Of a DNA stretch of 47,243 nucleotides, positions 29,328 to 38,916 are shown piece after piece (the first letter of the stretch is position 1; each line of letters starts with the position of its first letter). Source of the DNA: Candidatus Woesebacteria bacterium RIFCSPHIGHO2_01_FULL_39_32 (GTDB lineage Bacteria > Patescibacteriota > Microgenomatia > UBA8517); the NCBI GenBank assembly GCA_001792345.1, contig MGGJ01000002.1:1-47243 (forward strand), written 5' to 3'. The translations under genes were made by a program, and so were the position numbers. The notes under the pieces are model-generated. The model was not told where the DNA came from. It was given only the letters and a program-made list of their open reading frames with translations, and did no database searches.

Positions 29328-29355
29328 GCACTTATACCCTTCTACTCTTATACTC
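29324..29355 (-). repeat. Octamer array, right flank, inverted relative to the left
   Basis: Minus strand GAGTATAA GAGTAGAA GGGTATAA GTGCGTGA. Confidence 0.75.
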
Positions 29356-29444
29356 TATATCGTGAACCCTTTTTTTCAAGACTATAGCTTTTTCACAGGG
29401 AGAGTTGTGTTAAAAGGTGCGTTGGGGTGGTAAAATATGGGTAT

Positions 29445-31706
29445 ATGGTAGAACAAGGATCAACGGAAAAGGCCGACAAAGAAGAAAGAGCTCCATTGCA
29501 GCCGGATGTAAAATCCGATAAGGGTGCTACTGAATCTGATGAAACCCAAAATTCTTCTAAAAAAAGTAAAGAGGACGAACTGGTTGAAGCAGTAAGAGAG
29601 ATTACTTCTGCAGTAAATCAGGCAAATAAGGACATTGTGGCGTCCGTTAATAATCTAGCAGGCCAACTTGAAGCTTACGCTAAAGCAATAGGCCAGCAAA
29701 TAGCCCTACTCGAGAAAAGAAAAGATACGGCATTGGTTGACGCAACGATTGATGCAATGGTCAAAAAATTAGAGCCGGTTATTAGAGAATTTACTGAGGC
29801 ACTAGATGGTGTAAAAGACGCTTCAGATCGGGAATTTAGACAACTTAAATATAACGAAGATTTGATGAAGGCTTATTTAGAACAAATCGAGCAGGCACAA
29901 AATATTCCAGACGAACTTAAAAACCCCACCCTTGACAGGATGATCGGACGTTTATCCGATGAGGATAAAGCGGAGTATGAAGCTACTGTAAGAGAAGAAG
30001 TAAGAAATGGTAGAACAGTGGAAATCCATCAGGTACGCGGTAAGGAATGGAATGAGACAAATGAAGTTTACCAAAACATGGTTGAGGATTGGTTTGAAGA
30101 AAGAATTAGGGAAATGGAATCAGTCGAGCAATCATTCGAAGAACAACCCGATGTTTATCGATATTTATCTCTTTATGCAAACAACTATGTTCTTAGGAAA
30201 GATACGAAACCGTTTGGGGAAAGAATTAGAGACAACCTTGAGACAAGAAGAATTAGACATAGAGTCGTTAGAGTTTGGAATATGGCGGGACCTGAAGGAA
30301 TTTTAAGTGAAGCTTCAAGAATTACCTTCACTACTTGGAGAAAGTTATTTAAGACCGAAAATATTGGAACTTATGTGTTAGATAGACGTGGTAATAGAGT
30401 AAAAGATCCGAAAACGGGTGAAGATAGAAAAGAAAACCACATTGAAAACGAACTTCAAAATTACGAGAGAATGGGAAGAATTTTGAGGGGGAAAAGAGAT
30501 AGGTTAAGACAAATTCAAAGGTCGCCTGGGGGTGGAGATAAGACAGAAATTAAGGCCTTGGAAAAAGAGATAAAGATTAAAGAGCAGTATATTTTTGACT
30601 ATTACAGTCTGGGGGGTTCGATAGAGGATACAAATCCAGACTTTTTTGTAAAGCTGGGTGGTGAGATCGAAAAACCCAAAGACGAAGATTTCAGAAAATA
30701 TCAGATAGAGCACCCAAATCCTGATTTAAGTAGCAAAAAAGCCAGAGAGCATAGAGATGCAATTTGGGCCAAGAGATATGCCGGAGGACTTTGGAGTATG
30801 ACTTTGAGAGCCGCCACCCACGACATTCAACTAAATGGTAGTGGTGATTTTTTTGCAGCAAGAATAATGAATTTCAGCGACCGTCTGACTAGAAATAACC
30901 TAATGAGAGATTCAAGCGAAATATGGGATCCGACTAGGGTGGATGACCCCTTTGATTTGGGGTATATGGATGTAATGACTTCGCTCTTGGGGAATGTTGA
31001 GAACCTAGATAGTTTGGGAGTTTCAGGGAATCAGAAAGTGGTGTCTGGAGAAAAAGTTGTCGGCATAAAAAGCTTAGAAAATTTTAAGTGGGGCAGTAGC
31101 GAGGTTTGGGATAAAGCGTTAATGAAAGAGGATATTAGACCACCAGAGGGGATGTATGTTATTAGGATGACGTATTTTAACGATGCCGACAATACTCGAA
31201 AGAGAATGTGGGCTGCAGATAGCTATTTCCATAAACCAACGCTTGAAAATTTAATCAATATGGAAGGTGTATTTGCACATTCAGGAACTGGAAAAAGAGA
31301 CGCGATAATAAAAGATAGTTCCGGCGAAAGGGTAATTGGAACCGTAAAAGATATTACTCCTATCGAAGTAAAGTGGATGGAGCTTCTTGATAGGTCGTTA
31401 GAATACTTAAAAACCAAACAAGGTGCGGAATGGATGAGCGATCCTACAACTGGTTATCCTCGTCTTGCTATGACTCGTGAGTGGATCAATACTGCACGTA
31501 GAAATGGAATGATTGGTGAAGAGACAAAAAATATTTTATTAAGAAAATATTTTGGAACAAGGAATACCTTTCTGCTTAATAGGATATCGGAAATTAACGT
31601 GTGGGGGGCTGATTTAATACATAATGCAGGAGGTATGACTTGGAGCGCCTTCATGGAATATATTAAAAGAATGTTTAAATATATGTTTTCAGATGAAGTT
31701 AGATAG
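29445..31706 (+). CDS. Large charged, probably helical hypothetical protein
   Basis: 759-aa ORF; likely ATG at 29445, 8 nt after TAAAAT; no family recognised. Confidence 0.75.
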   Translation: MVEQGSTEKADKEERAPLQPDVKSDKGATESDETQNSSKKSKEDELVEAVREITSAVNQANKDIVASVNNLAGQLEAYAKAIGQQIALLEKRKDTALVDATIDAMVKKLEPVIREFTEALDGVKDASDREFRQLKYNEDLMKAYLEQIEQAQNIPDELKNPTLDRMIGRLSDEDKAEYEATVREEVRNGRTVEIHQVRGKEWNETNEVYQNMVEDWFEERIREMESVEQSFEEQPDVYRYLSLYANNYVLRKDTKPFGERIRDNLETRRIRHRVVRVWNMAGPEGILSEASRITFTTWRKLFKTENIGTYVLDRRGNRVKDPKTGEDRKENHIENELQNYERMGRILRGKRDRLRQIQRSPGGGDKTEIKALEKEIKIKEQYIFDYYSLGGSIEDTNPDFFVKLGGEIEKPKDEDFRKYQIEHPNPDLSSKKAREHRDAIWAKRYAGGLWSMTLRAATHDIQLNGSGDFFAARIMNFSDRLTRNNLMRDSSEIWDPTRVDDPFDLGYMDVMTSLLGNVENLDSLGVSGNQKVVSGEKVVGIKSLENFKWGSSEVWDKALMKEDIRPPEGMYVIRMTYFNDADNTRKRMWAADSYFHKPTLENLINMEGVFAHSGTGKRDAIIKDSSGERVIGTVKDITPIEVKWMELLDRSLEYLKTKQGAEWMSDPTTGYPRLAMTREWINTARRNGMIGEETKNILLRKYFGTRNTFLLNRISEINVWGADLIHNAGGMTWSAFMEYIKRMFKYMFSDEVR

Positions 31707-31736
31707 AATAGAAATTAAAAAGAAGTAAAATATATT

Positions 31737-33305
31737 TTAATTTGAAATTCTAAGTATTTTTCCCAACCGACTTCCTGCCAGCTGTTCGTATAATTTCTGA
31801 CCTCTTTGTTTTCCGTAAGCCTCCTTCAATGAACCCAATTGGTACCCAAACGGTGACCAAACAGCTCCGGCACCCGCTGCAATCGGTGCTCCAATTGCGG
31901 TTCCGTAGCCAAATGGTCTACCTGATAGTGCGGATTGAATAATGTTGGCAATACTCGGAGCTAGCATTAAAATACCAAAAGCAACAAGAAAGCCGAAGAT
32001 TCCACCTACCGGTAAATTAAATCCCGGCAGTTGAATTGATCCGGTGGTACCCAAAGGATCAATTTCTAAAGGGTTTATTATATTTACATTGGGAAAGAGA
32101 TTATTAAGAGCAATAAACAATTGATCCATAAGAGACGCATTTGGATTTGCGTCCAAAGAACTCCAAAATATATAGTGGGCCAAGAAAAACATTGCAATCA
32201 CCCCCGGAAACACAGCCACTTGAGAAGCTAGATTTTTCAGCCAACCACCGAAACCCCCACTACCGGGAAAAACACCCGCCAATATTAAAAGAGGACTAAA
32301 TATAATAAGAAGAACAACGTTGATAAATGTTCTAAAAAGAACCCATATAATTCGTACCCAGACTATGATGTAAACAATTATTAATATTATAAAAATTACA
32401 ACCGAAAGAATTGACAATAGTGCACCTAGGCCGAAAGCGAAGGTCAGTCCGGATCCTCCGGGAAACATAATTAAACCGATGATATAGACCAGAAGCGTAA
32501 TGGCCATTGAGGTAAAAAGATTAACACCCAATAGTTGTCCGAAAAGTGCAGTACCGTCAAGACCGCTAATTGGATCTGCGGCTAGGGCGAGGATTCCTAC
32601 CAAGGCATAGGAAAGATCGATAATAAAACCTGCTATTGCATACGAAAACGTGATGAAAATAAGAATCATAACAAGTCGAGGTATGGCTGATTGGATAGTA
32701 ATGACGGTTTGTGGAGAAATTTTTACCCTAAACATTATCATGAAGGCTAGAACCACAAATGCCAAAACCATAAGGAAATAGGCGAAGTTTCTTGTTGCGC
32801 CCCATATTTGTTGAATCGGAGAAAGTGTTCCAAAACCAAATCCTGTCTGGGCTTTCGCTTCGGGTATTAAGTGTAGTTTCGATAGAGTATTTCGAATGTA
32901 ACCAATTCCGGAAGAAGTAGACGATAAAGTTATACGGTTAAATGTGGAGGCAAGAGAGGGTTGTCCAGCGTCTCCAGTGCCAAAATTCTCATCAATCCAT
33001 GGTTTTATACAAGCAGCTATTGCGTTTAAGTCGGCACTATCTGCTTTTGTAAAACACTGCAATAATTCTTCTGGCATTAGAACCGCAATCAGTGAATACC
33101 AAATCCAGACAACCTGGGCTTGAGTATAGCGCTCACCAAAAATTTCGTCTTCATTATTTGGGTCATATACTTTTGCAAAAAATTCGTTAATTGTCGGGTG
33201 ATACCAGGTACCGCCTTTTGTAACTTGTGCATGTGCGTAAGGGGTAACTAAAGTTACCAAAAGAAAAGAAGCCAGTATTATTGAGAGGAGGAGTTTTTTA
33301 AACAT
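31737..33305 (-). CDS. VirB6/TrbL-like polytopic membrane protein
   Basis: Signal peptide, multiple TMs, RNFAYFLMV...IIDLS, LLIIFSPLLILAGVFPG...WLKNL; T4SS context. Confidence 0.7.
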   Translation of the reverse strand: MFKKLLLSIILASFLLVTLVTPYAHAQVTKGGTWYHPTINEFFAKVYDPNNEDEIFGERYTQAQVVWIWYSLIAVLMPEELLQCFTKADSADLNAIAACIKPWIDENFGTGDAGQPSLASTFNRITLSSTSSGIGYIRNTLSKLHLIPEAKAQTGFGFGTLSPIQQIWGATRNFAYFLMVLAFVVLAFMIMFRVKISPQTVITIQSAIPRLVMILIFITFSYAIAGFIIDLSYALVGILALAADPISGLDGTALFGQLLGVNLFTSMAITLLVYIIGLIMFPGGSGLTFAFGLGALLSILSVVIFIILIIVYIIVWVRIIWVLFRTFINVVLLIIFSPLLILAGVFPGSGGFGGWLKNLASQVAVFPGVIAMFFLAHYIFWSSLDANPNASLMDQLFIALNNLFPNVNIINPLEIDPLGTTGSIQLPGFNLPVGGIFGFLVAFGILMLAPSIANIIQSALSGRPFGYGTAIGAPIAAGAGAVWSPFGYQLGSLKEAYGKQRGQKLYEQLAGSRLGKILRISN

Positions 33306-33365
33306 GGACTTAATAAGTTAATAATAGCATACCACTTATACTTAAATGCAAGTGTATTTATTTCG

Positions 33366-36188
33366 TTAAAGACAAGATCCGTAAATAGTCAGTGCATTAA
33401 CAGTGTGATCTGCAGGATTACACGACCCGGCCCAGTTTACGAGTGCGGTAACAACGTCTTCACAACTCCAACTACTTTTTTGACAACTGCTACCTCCTCC
33501 GGCTGGATCTGAGAGATCATAGTTTATACTACCAGGCTTACAAGGTGAATTAGCGAGGTTGAAAAGCGCTTTATGATTATTAGCTAGCCATTCTGCCATA
33601 TTCATGGTTGCTTCGTAAAAATTACACGGGTTATAACCGCTTGGACACTGCTGATAGGGTCCGAAAGCACCCCCACCAACATAACAGAAGTCTCCCTGGT
33701 TTGCATTATAATTACAGGGTGGATCGTAGTATGTGGGGTTACAATTAGGAAATTCACATAATACGGCATTGGTAATATTTTCCTGTGTATATCTTCCATA
33801 GCAACTCGGGTTTGCAACACGGGGTTCAAACCCGCCCTCTGCATACATCAGGGCTGCGATAAGATCAGGCGGAACATTATATTGGCTACCCGCGGATTCA
33901 AAAACCTTTCTCATAAGATCAGGTATTGTTTCGTTTCTTATCTGGGTGTGAGAAAGCTTACAACTAGAGTCAGTGGGTAGAGGCGGTATTTCGGTAAATG
34001 GACACTCAGCCGGTGGGATAGGCTGAGCCGAGGCGGAAAGACAGCCTTGTCCATATCCTTGTGGTCTTAAAGCAGTTTGCATACACTGCAGGAAATATTG
34101 GTGAATTCCCCCGATGTAGCGGAAATAAAGTTCAGCCTGGCCAGGAATTCGGTTGTTGCCCGCCCTTATTGATAAACCAGGTGTTAGCGGGATAAAATCC
34201 ACGGGCGTTGCGCCGGGAATTGCCCAAAGCCGTCTTATGGGACGCCCTTCCACGTCTTCGATTTTAGGGAACATTCTTTTGAAAACACTGGAAGGACCGG
34301 CAACAAGTTTCGACCAGACTTCTTTGGCGAGAGGAGTTTTGGTTATAGTTTTAAAATTAACGGCAACTGTATTGCTACAGGTTTCAGTAAAGTCAAATGC
34401 TGAAATATCGACAGTTATGGGTTCGCATTTTTTGTATACAGTTATATTTCCGGAACATTCAAGTCCACCGCAACATTCTCCGATCGGTGTTCCAAACATC
34501 TCACAAGTTTCATCCTCTCCTAAGCAGCCGGGAGGTGAAGGCCAAGAACCACAGCCGACTCCGCAAAACTCATTATCACCACAATCAACTTGTCCGTAGT
34601 ATGTTGTACAATCCAAATCCTCTTGCGGTAAGGGTTCGCAATTACCCCCGGACGCTTCGCAAACTCTTCCTTCACCTGCTACTGCTTTAGTAAAGGTGCA
34701 GGCAACTTGGGCTGTATATGCAACTGTTGCGGAGAGCTCGCCCGCAAAAAGATCATCCCCCGGATTTGTGCGAACTTCGGTCAGGTCACAAAATTTATCA
34801 TAAGGGACATAGCTTGATCCCGGTTCGGCGTCAAGGTCGGCTTCCTGGGGTGAATAAACTTGCTGCAAAAGATCTGCCAACTCAAATGATTCCTGCATGT
34901 GGGCAAAGAAAAGATCTGCCGGTTCCTGATTTATTATTGAAGAATCAATAATAACTACATCATTCGGATTGGAAGGCTGAATTGCATAGTCGTCTATTTC
35001 TACATTGCCAAGTCTATCTTCGGTTGACGAGAAAGGGATGTAGGTGAATAACCTCCAGGGATTATCTGCTCTCCAGGATAGATAAGCTGACCAGAAGTCC
35101 TCCCAAGTGCCGAAGTTACGTCTCAATGGGGGAAGGTTAAACTTACTAATCCAGTCGGTGAGGCGAATCTTATCCTTAATAATATTAGTATAACAACCTG
35201 CGGGATGCCCCAAAAGATTTGTACAACCGATTATTTGGTCATGTCTTATGCAGTTTGGGTCTTTTGGAACGGCATTCGGATCACAGTTAATCGAGCGCTG
35301 TGCTTTCCTTACTTCCTCACCCCTTCTTACTATTTGACTTTCCCAAGACAAAAGTCGTTTCAAAGGGCCGGAGAAATCAACCAACCTTTTCTCTCCCTCT
35401 TCTGAAAGTCCGCCCAAAAGATTTGTGTCCGGCGGATTATACTCTGCCCGTCCGATGAGGCCGTTTATGTACCAACTGACATATTCATTTACTTTGGTTG
35501 GATCATCAACCGTTTCATCTCCCTGAAAAAGGCTATTTACTACCTTATATGGATCAGATTCATTTCCCAATGAGGGTTCGGTAAAACCCATGATGGGAAA
35601 GTAGGCTTCCCTAAGATCAACCGCAATATCCCTTACCCGATCTATAATAAAGTAACAAGTTTCTGTCCCATTTCCATTATCTATGCACTCGCTTGCCGCA
35701 CAGTCATTATTATCTTTACAACCTACGTCCGGTATACAAGCGCTGATATTTCTGTCTACACATTGTCCACTGCCATTACAGTATTTGCAGCTAAAAAAGA
35801 AGTCAGAGCCGCCTGAGATTGGAGGAAACGGTTGAATTTCATTTCCTTCAAAAAAATACTTCCAGTCAAGGGAAGGAATCATGTTGCCGTCGGAATATCT
35901 TTTTTCGATAACTATTGGATCAAGCAAAACCAGATCGTTTCCGCAAAAAAGAGCCAGATCTTCAGCATCAGGATTGCAAGGACTTGCTTGGTAAGGCCTT
36001 AGAGAGTGGAATTCGTTGTCACTAGTTTCGTTACAAGGAAAGGGCGTGGGGGTTGGCATAGGTATAGCCTCTTGAGCGATGACCGGTTTTCCGAAATCGA
36101 TGTATGGGAAAAGCAGGTATAGAAAGAACCCAAAAAGTATGGATAGGAGTAGATAAATATTTTTTTTGTAAGTTCTAAATAAGCGCAT
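33366..36188 (-). CDS. Large secreted Cys-rich protein with C-terminal lysozyme-like/transglycosylase domain
   Basis: N-terminal TM/signal; AGSQYNVPPDLIAALMYAEGG and GAFGPYQ motifs resemble the SLT fold. Confidence 0.6.
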   Translation of the reverse strand: MRLFRTYKKNIYLLLSILFGFFLYLLFPYIDFGKPVIAQEAIPMPTPTPFPCNETSDNEFHSLRPYQASPCNPDAEDLALFCGNDLVLLDPIVIEKRYSDGNMIPSLDWKYFFEGNEIQPFPPISGGSDFFFSCKYCNGSGQCVDRNISACIPDVGCKDNNDCAASECIDNGNGTETCYFIIDRVRDIAVDLREAYFPIMGFTEPSLGNESDPYKVVNSLFQGDETVDDPTKVNEYVSWYINGLIGRAEYNPPDTNLLGGLSEEGEKRLVDFSGPLKRLLSWESQIVRRGEEVRKAQRSINCDPNAVPKDPNCIRHDQIIGCTNLLGHPAGCYTNIIKDKIRLTDWISKFNLPPLRRNFGTWEDFWSAYLSWRADNPWRLFTYIPFSSTEDRLGNVEIDDYAIQPSNPNDVVIIDSSIINQEPADLFFAHMQESFELADLLQQVYSPQEADLDAEPGSSYVPYDKFCDLTEVRTNPGDDLFAGELSATVAYTAQVACTFTKAVAGEGRVCEASGGNCEPLPQEDLDCTTYYGQVDCGDNEFCGVGCGSWPSPPGCLGEDETCEMFGTPIGECCGGLECSGNITVYKKCEPITVDISAFDFTETCSNTVAVNFKTITKTPLAKEVWSKLVAGPSSVFKRMFPKIEDVEGRPIRRLWAIPGATPVDFIPLTPGLSIRAGNNRIPGQAELYFRYIGGIHQYFLQCMQTALRPQGYGQGCLSASAQPIPPAECPFTEIPPLPTDSSCKLSHTQIRNETIPDLMRKVFESAGSQYNVPPDLIAALMYAEGGFEPRVANPSCYGRYTQENITNAVLCEFPNCNPTYYDPPCNYNANQGDFCYVGGGAFGPYQQCPSGYNPCNFYEATMNMAEWLANNHKALFNLANSPCKPGSINYDLSDPAGGGSSCQKSSWSCEDVVTALVNWAGSCNPADHTVNALTIYGSCL

Positions 36189-36192
36189 AAAC

Positions 36193-36507
36193 CTACTGAG
36201 TTATTTTAAAGTTTAAAATATTTAGTTGTCCTGTAAAGACGCCGACAAATCTCAAAAACATATAAGAAAGCGCTACAAGGACAATTCCTCCGATTGCATA
36301 GGTTAATGTCTTTTTGGCTTGTTCAAGTGCTTTAGGATCACCGGCTGAAGTTATAAATTGAATTCCTCCCCAGATAAGCATTGCAAAAAGAAGTATCCCA
36401 CCAAGTCCGAGAAGTGCTGCGAGTGTGTTTGCAAATATTCCTTCAAATCCTTGTAAGGTTGCAATTCCGTTAACGTTAGTTACTTGAGCAAGTAAAAAGG
36501 AACTCAT
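36193..36507 (-). CDS. VirB2/TrbC-like pilin 1
   Basis: Two TMs around GGIQFITSAGDPKALEQAKKTLTYAIGG. Confidence 0.8.
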   Translation of the reverse strand: MSSFLLAQVTNVNGIATLQGFEGIFANTLAALLGLGGILLFAMLIWGGIQFITSAGDPKALEQAKKTLTYAIGGIVLVALSYMFLRFVGVFTGQLNILNFKITQ

Positions 36508-36549
36508 AACTTTAGTGTAGCGAAAGAACCAAAGAAGGGCAACTCCAAT

Positions 36550-36573
36550 AAAAAACCCCGCATCTGCGGGGTT
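36550..36573 (-). terminator. Rho-independent terminator after pilin 2
   Basis: Minus strand AACCCCGCA-GA-TGCGGGGTTTTTT. Confidence 0.8.
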
Positions 36574-36593
36574 ATCCTCTTTCCTTAGCTATT

Positions 36594-36953
36594 TTAGACA
36601 CCACCTTGGGCGTTTGGAATGTTGAGCGACAAGATATTTATACCAAAAAAGATGTTAACAAGATTTATTATCGCCCAGGCTGCAAACACAATTACTAAAC
36701 CAATTAAAGCTGCTGTAATTTGGCCTCTGGCTGCCTCGGTCTGAGCTTTATCTCCTCCAGAGGTGATGTACTTAATACCACCCCAAACCAGCATGAAGAA
36801 GAAAATTAGTGCTGCAATGATAAGAACAAGAATTATGAGCGCTGAAATAATTGTAGCAATCGTAATATTATTGAGACCCGAAAATTGTCCTCCCGGACCA
36901 ATGTTAATGGCTTGATCTGCTTGGGCTAATATTGTGCTGAAAGCTGTAAACAT
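36594..36953 (-). CDS. VirB2/TrbC-like pilin 2 (candidate major pilin)
   Basis: GGIKYITSGGDKAQTEAARGQITAALIG. Confidence 0.85.
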   Translation of the reverse strand: MFTAFSTILAQADQAINIGPGGQFSGLNNITIATIISALIILVLIIAALIFFFMLVWGGIKYITSGGDKAQTEAARGQITAALIGLVIVFAAWAIINLVNIFFGINILSLNIPNAQGGV

Positions 36954-36969
36954 ACTTATACTGATTAGT

Positions 36970-36999
36970 ATTATGCTGATAACTAAAATCCTTTGTCAA
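36970..36999 (-). promoter_or_regulatory. Promoter of pilin 2
   Basis: Minus strand TTGACA, 18 bp, CATAAT. Confidence 0.7.
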
Positions 37000-37023
37000 G
37001 TGGGAAAATCTATCAATATTTAT

Positions 37024-37398
37024 TTAGGGACAGATTACCCCGGAGAACGTTATATTAAATTCTCCCACATTAATCCGTCCGATACCGATGCCAAAGAAAC
37101 ACGATACCAAATTTAGTATTGCAAAAAAACCAAGTAAAATTACAACTCCAACTAGAGCACTTGCAATTTTACTGCGAGCAGACTCCATTTTCATTTTGTC
37201 TCCACCTGAGCTGATCCACTGAATTGCACCGTAAATTAAAATAAAAACAAATACGATTGCCCCAATTACAAAACCCAAACCAACAAGAGCAGGTATCAGT
37301 TTGCCAAAAAATTCCGGGCCAGTGAGAGCCCCAAGATCTCCCAATGCGGGATTACTTATTATCTGTGCGATTAGAGGTGAAACAATAAGTGTTTCCAT
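37024..37398 (-). CDS. VirB2/TrbC-like pilin 3
   Basis: GAIQWISSGGDKMKMESARSKIASALVG; start METLI at 37398. Confidence 0.8.
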   Translation of the reverse strand: METLIVSPLIAQIISNPALGDLGALTGPEFFGKLIPALVGLGFVIGAIVFVFILIYGAIQWISSGGDKMKMESARSKIASALVGVVILLGFFAILNLVSCFFGIGIGRINVGEFNITFSGVICP

Positions 37399-37399
37399 T

Positions 37400-37771
37400 T
37401 TACGGTAGTCTAATTGCTTCAATCATAGCACCCAAATCAAGAATACTAGGAAGACCAAGTAAAATTGCGATTAGGCTCATGATAAACATTCCGGCTATAA
37501 CCGCGACAAATCCAATAACACCAGTAGATAGTTTTCTTCTCGCATTCTCGTAGGCTGCTTTATCTCCTCCCGAAGAAATAATTGCTATAGCTCCAGTTAT
37601 GAGCATAAACATAAAATATAACGCTCCTATTATTGTCAGAAGACCAATAATAGCTGAGATGACCTGGGCTAATAATGTAATTGCGTTACTATACGTCCCT
37701 CCTTGCAACCCCAAGTTTCCTATTCCACTTAAAGGACCTATGGGGTTGGACTGTTGTGCTAGATAATTCAT
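37400..37771 (-). CDS. VirB2/TrbC-like pilin 4
   Basis: GAIAIISSGGDKAAYENARRKLSTGVIG. Confidence 0.8.
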   Translation of the reverse strand: MNYLAQQSNPIGPLSGIGNLGLQGGTYSNAITLLAQVISAIIGLLTIIGALYFMFMLITGAIAIISSGGDKAAYENARRKLSTGVIGFVAVIAGMFIMSLIAILLGLPSILDLGAMIEAIRLP

Positions 37772-38127
37772 TGTGGTGTAAAGTATTGAATGTTTAGTAG
37801 CGCCCCCGGATTACCATAAAGGATCTCTCCTATTATTGCTGCGATTAGAAATGCGCCGGCGGCGACTAGTAATCCCAGTAGACTTTGCCAGATTTTCGCA
37901 GTTGCGTCGCTGATTCTTTTAGGATCTCCACTCGCAGATATGAAAGCAAGGCCCGCTATAACTAGGTTTATTACCGCGTATATTCCTGCAACGACGATAA
38001 GGGTTCTTAATATAATATTCAATAGGACTGCTATCCCGCCAACCCCTCCTCCATCAAATGCTTGTAAGAAGTCGGGTGGATTAACAGGACCCCAAGGATT
38101 TTGTGCTATTTTCATATTACTAAACAT
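37768..38127 (-). CDS. VirB2/TrbC-like pilin 5
   Basis: AGLAFISASGDPKRISDATAKIWQSLLG. Confidence 0.8.
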   Translation of the reverse strand: MFSNMKIAQNPWGPVNPPDFLQAFDGGGVGGIAVLLNIILRTLIVVAGIYAVINLVIAGLAFISASGDPKRISDATAKIWQSLLGLLVAAGAFLIAAIIGEILYGNPGALLNIQYFTPQ

Positions 38128-38128
38128 T

Positions 38129-38443
38129 CTACTCGAAAATAGGGATACCTAGCGAGCTTTCAATAAACCGTACGATCAAGAATGCCGCTAAGACTATTAT
38201 AAACCCAATAAAGCCTGCAGTGATAATATTTTGTCCTTGCTGGAATTTTTGAGAGTCACCACCCGCGGTTATCATTTGAAATCCGGCAAAGATGATTAAG
38301 AATAGAAATATTACTCCGGCAACAACTATTGCATTATTAGCTATAAGAGAAACCAACTGTCCAAGACCAGGTAAGTCGGCCAAAAAATGACCTGTTTTTC
38401 CAAAAAATGTGTCTCCGATGGGAACTTGGGCAATTTTATTCAT
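38129..38443 (-). CDS. VirB2/TrbC-like pilin 6
   Basis: AGFQMITAGGDSQKFQQGQNIITAGFIG. Confidence 0.8.
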   Translation of the reverse strand: MNKIAQVPIGDTFFGKTGHFLADLPGLGQLVSLIANNAIVVAGVIFLFLIIFAGFQMITAGGDSQKFQQGQNIITAGFIGFIIVLAAFLIVRFIESSLGIPIFE

Positions 38444-38474
38444 ACTTAATTCTAGTACAATATTATGTTATAAC

Positions 38475-38508
38475 TCAAATTTTAAATCTCAAAACAATAT
38501 CTTAAAAC
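38475..38508 (+). repeat. Heptamer array, left flank of the intact four-helix-bundle gene
   Basis: TCAAATT TTAAATC TCAAAAC AATATC TTAAAAC. Confidence 0.65.
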
Positions 38509-38511
38509 TTT

Positions 38512-38916
38512 TTAACTTCTTTTACCTTTCAAAGTTAGAAGGCTTGCAGCAATCATCTTTCCGATTTCTTTTACCTCTGTGATGAGAGGTTCTGATTTTC
38601 CCGCTTCCACTAATTTGGAATCTTTAAGAAGCATCAACCAATAAATGGTTTCGTTGGCGCTTTTGAGAGCAATCTCATAAAATTTTATGAAATCTCTCCT
38701 CGAGCTAGAGGATTTGGCTTCGACCAAATTTGCTCCGATAGAAGTTGAACTACGTAACAGTTGATCTCCTATTATCCAGTAGGCTCTTTTTTGAGGAAAA
38801 TCTTTAACTAGATCAATTATAGTAAGCGAAAACTTATAAGCTCGGTATTTTACGTTAGATTTAAGATTTGCGTTGTGGTTTTGAGTTTTGACATATGACA
38901 TTTGAGTTTGATTCAC
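38512..38916 (-). CDS. Four-helix-bundle protein (23S rRNA-IVP/Avd-like)
   Basis: RAYKFSL, DQLLRSSTSIGANLVEA, SRRDFIKFYEIALKSANETIYWL, EVKEIGKMI. Confidence 0.9.
   Translation of the reverse strand: MNQTQMSYVKTQNHNANLKSNVKYRAYKFSLTIIDLVKDFPQKRAYWIIGDQLLRSSTSIGANLVEAKSSSSRRDFIKFYEIALKSANETIYWLMLLKDSKLVEAGKSEPLITEVKEIGKMIAASLLTLKGKRS
38857..38912 (-). repeat. Heptamer array at the gene's 5' end, inverted relative to the left flank
   Basis: Minus strand TCAAAC TCAAATG TCATATG TCAAAAC TCAAAAC CACAACG CAAATC TTAAATC. Confidence 0.75.

Noticed and set aside
28951-38916. Diversity-generating retroelement, suggested by Avd-like genes beside surface proteins
   Set aside because: No reverse transcriptase in the window and no TR/VR pair differing at adenines noticed
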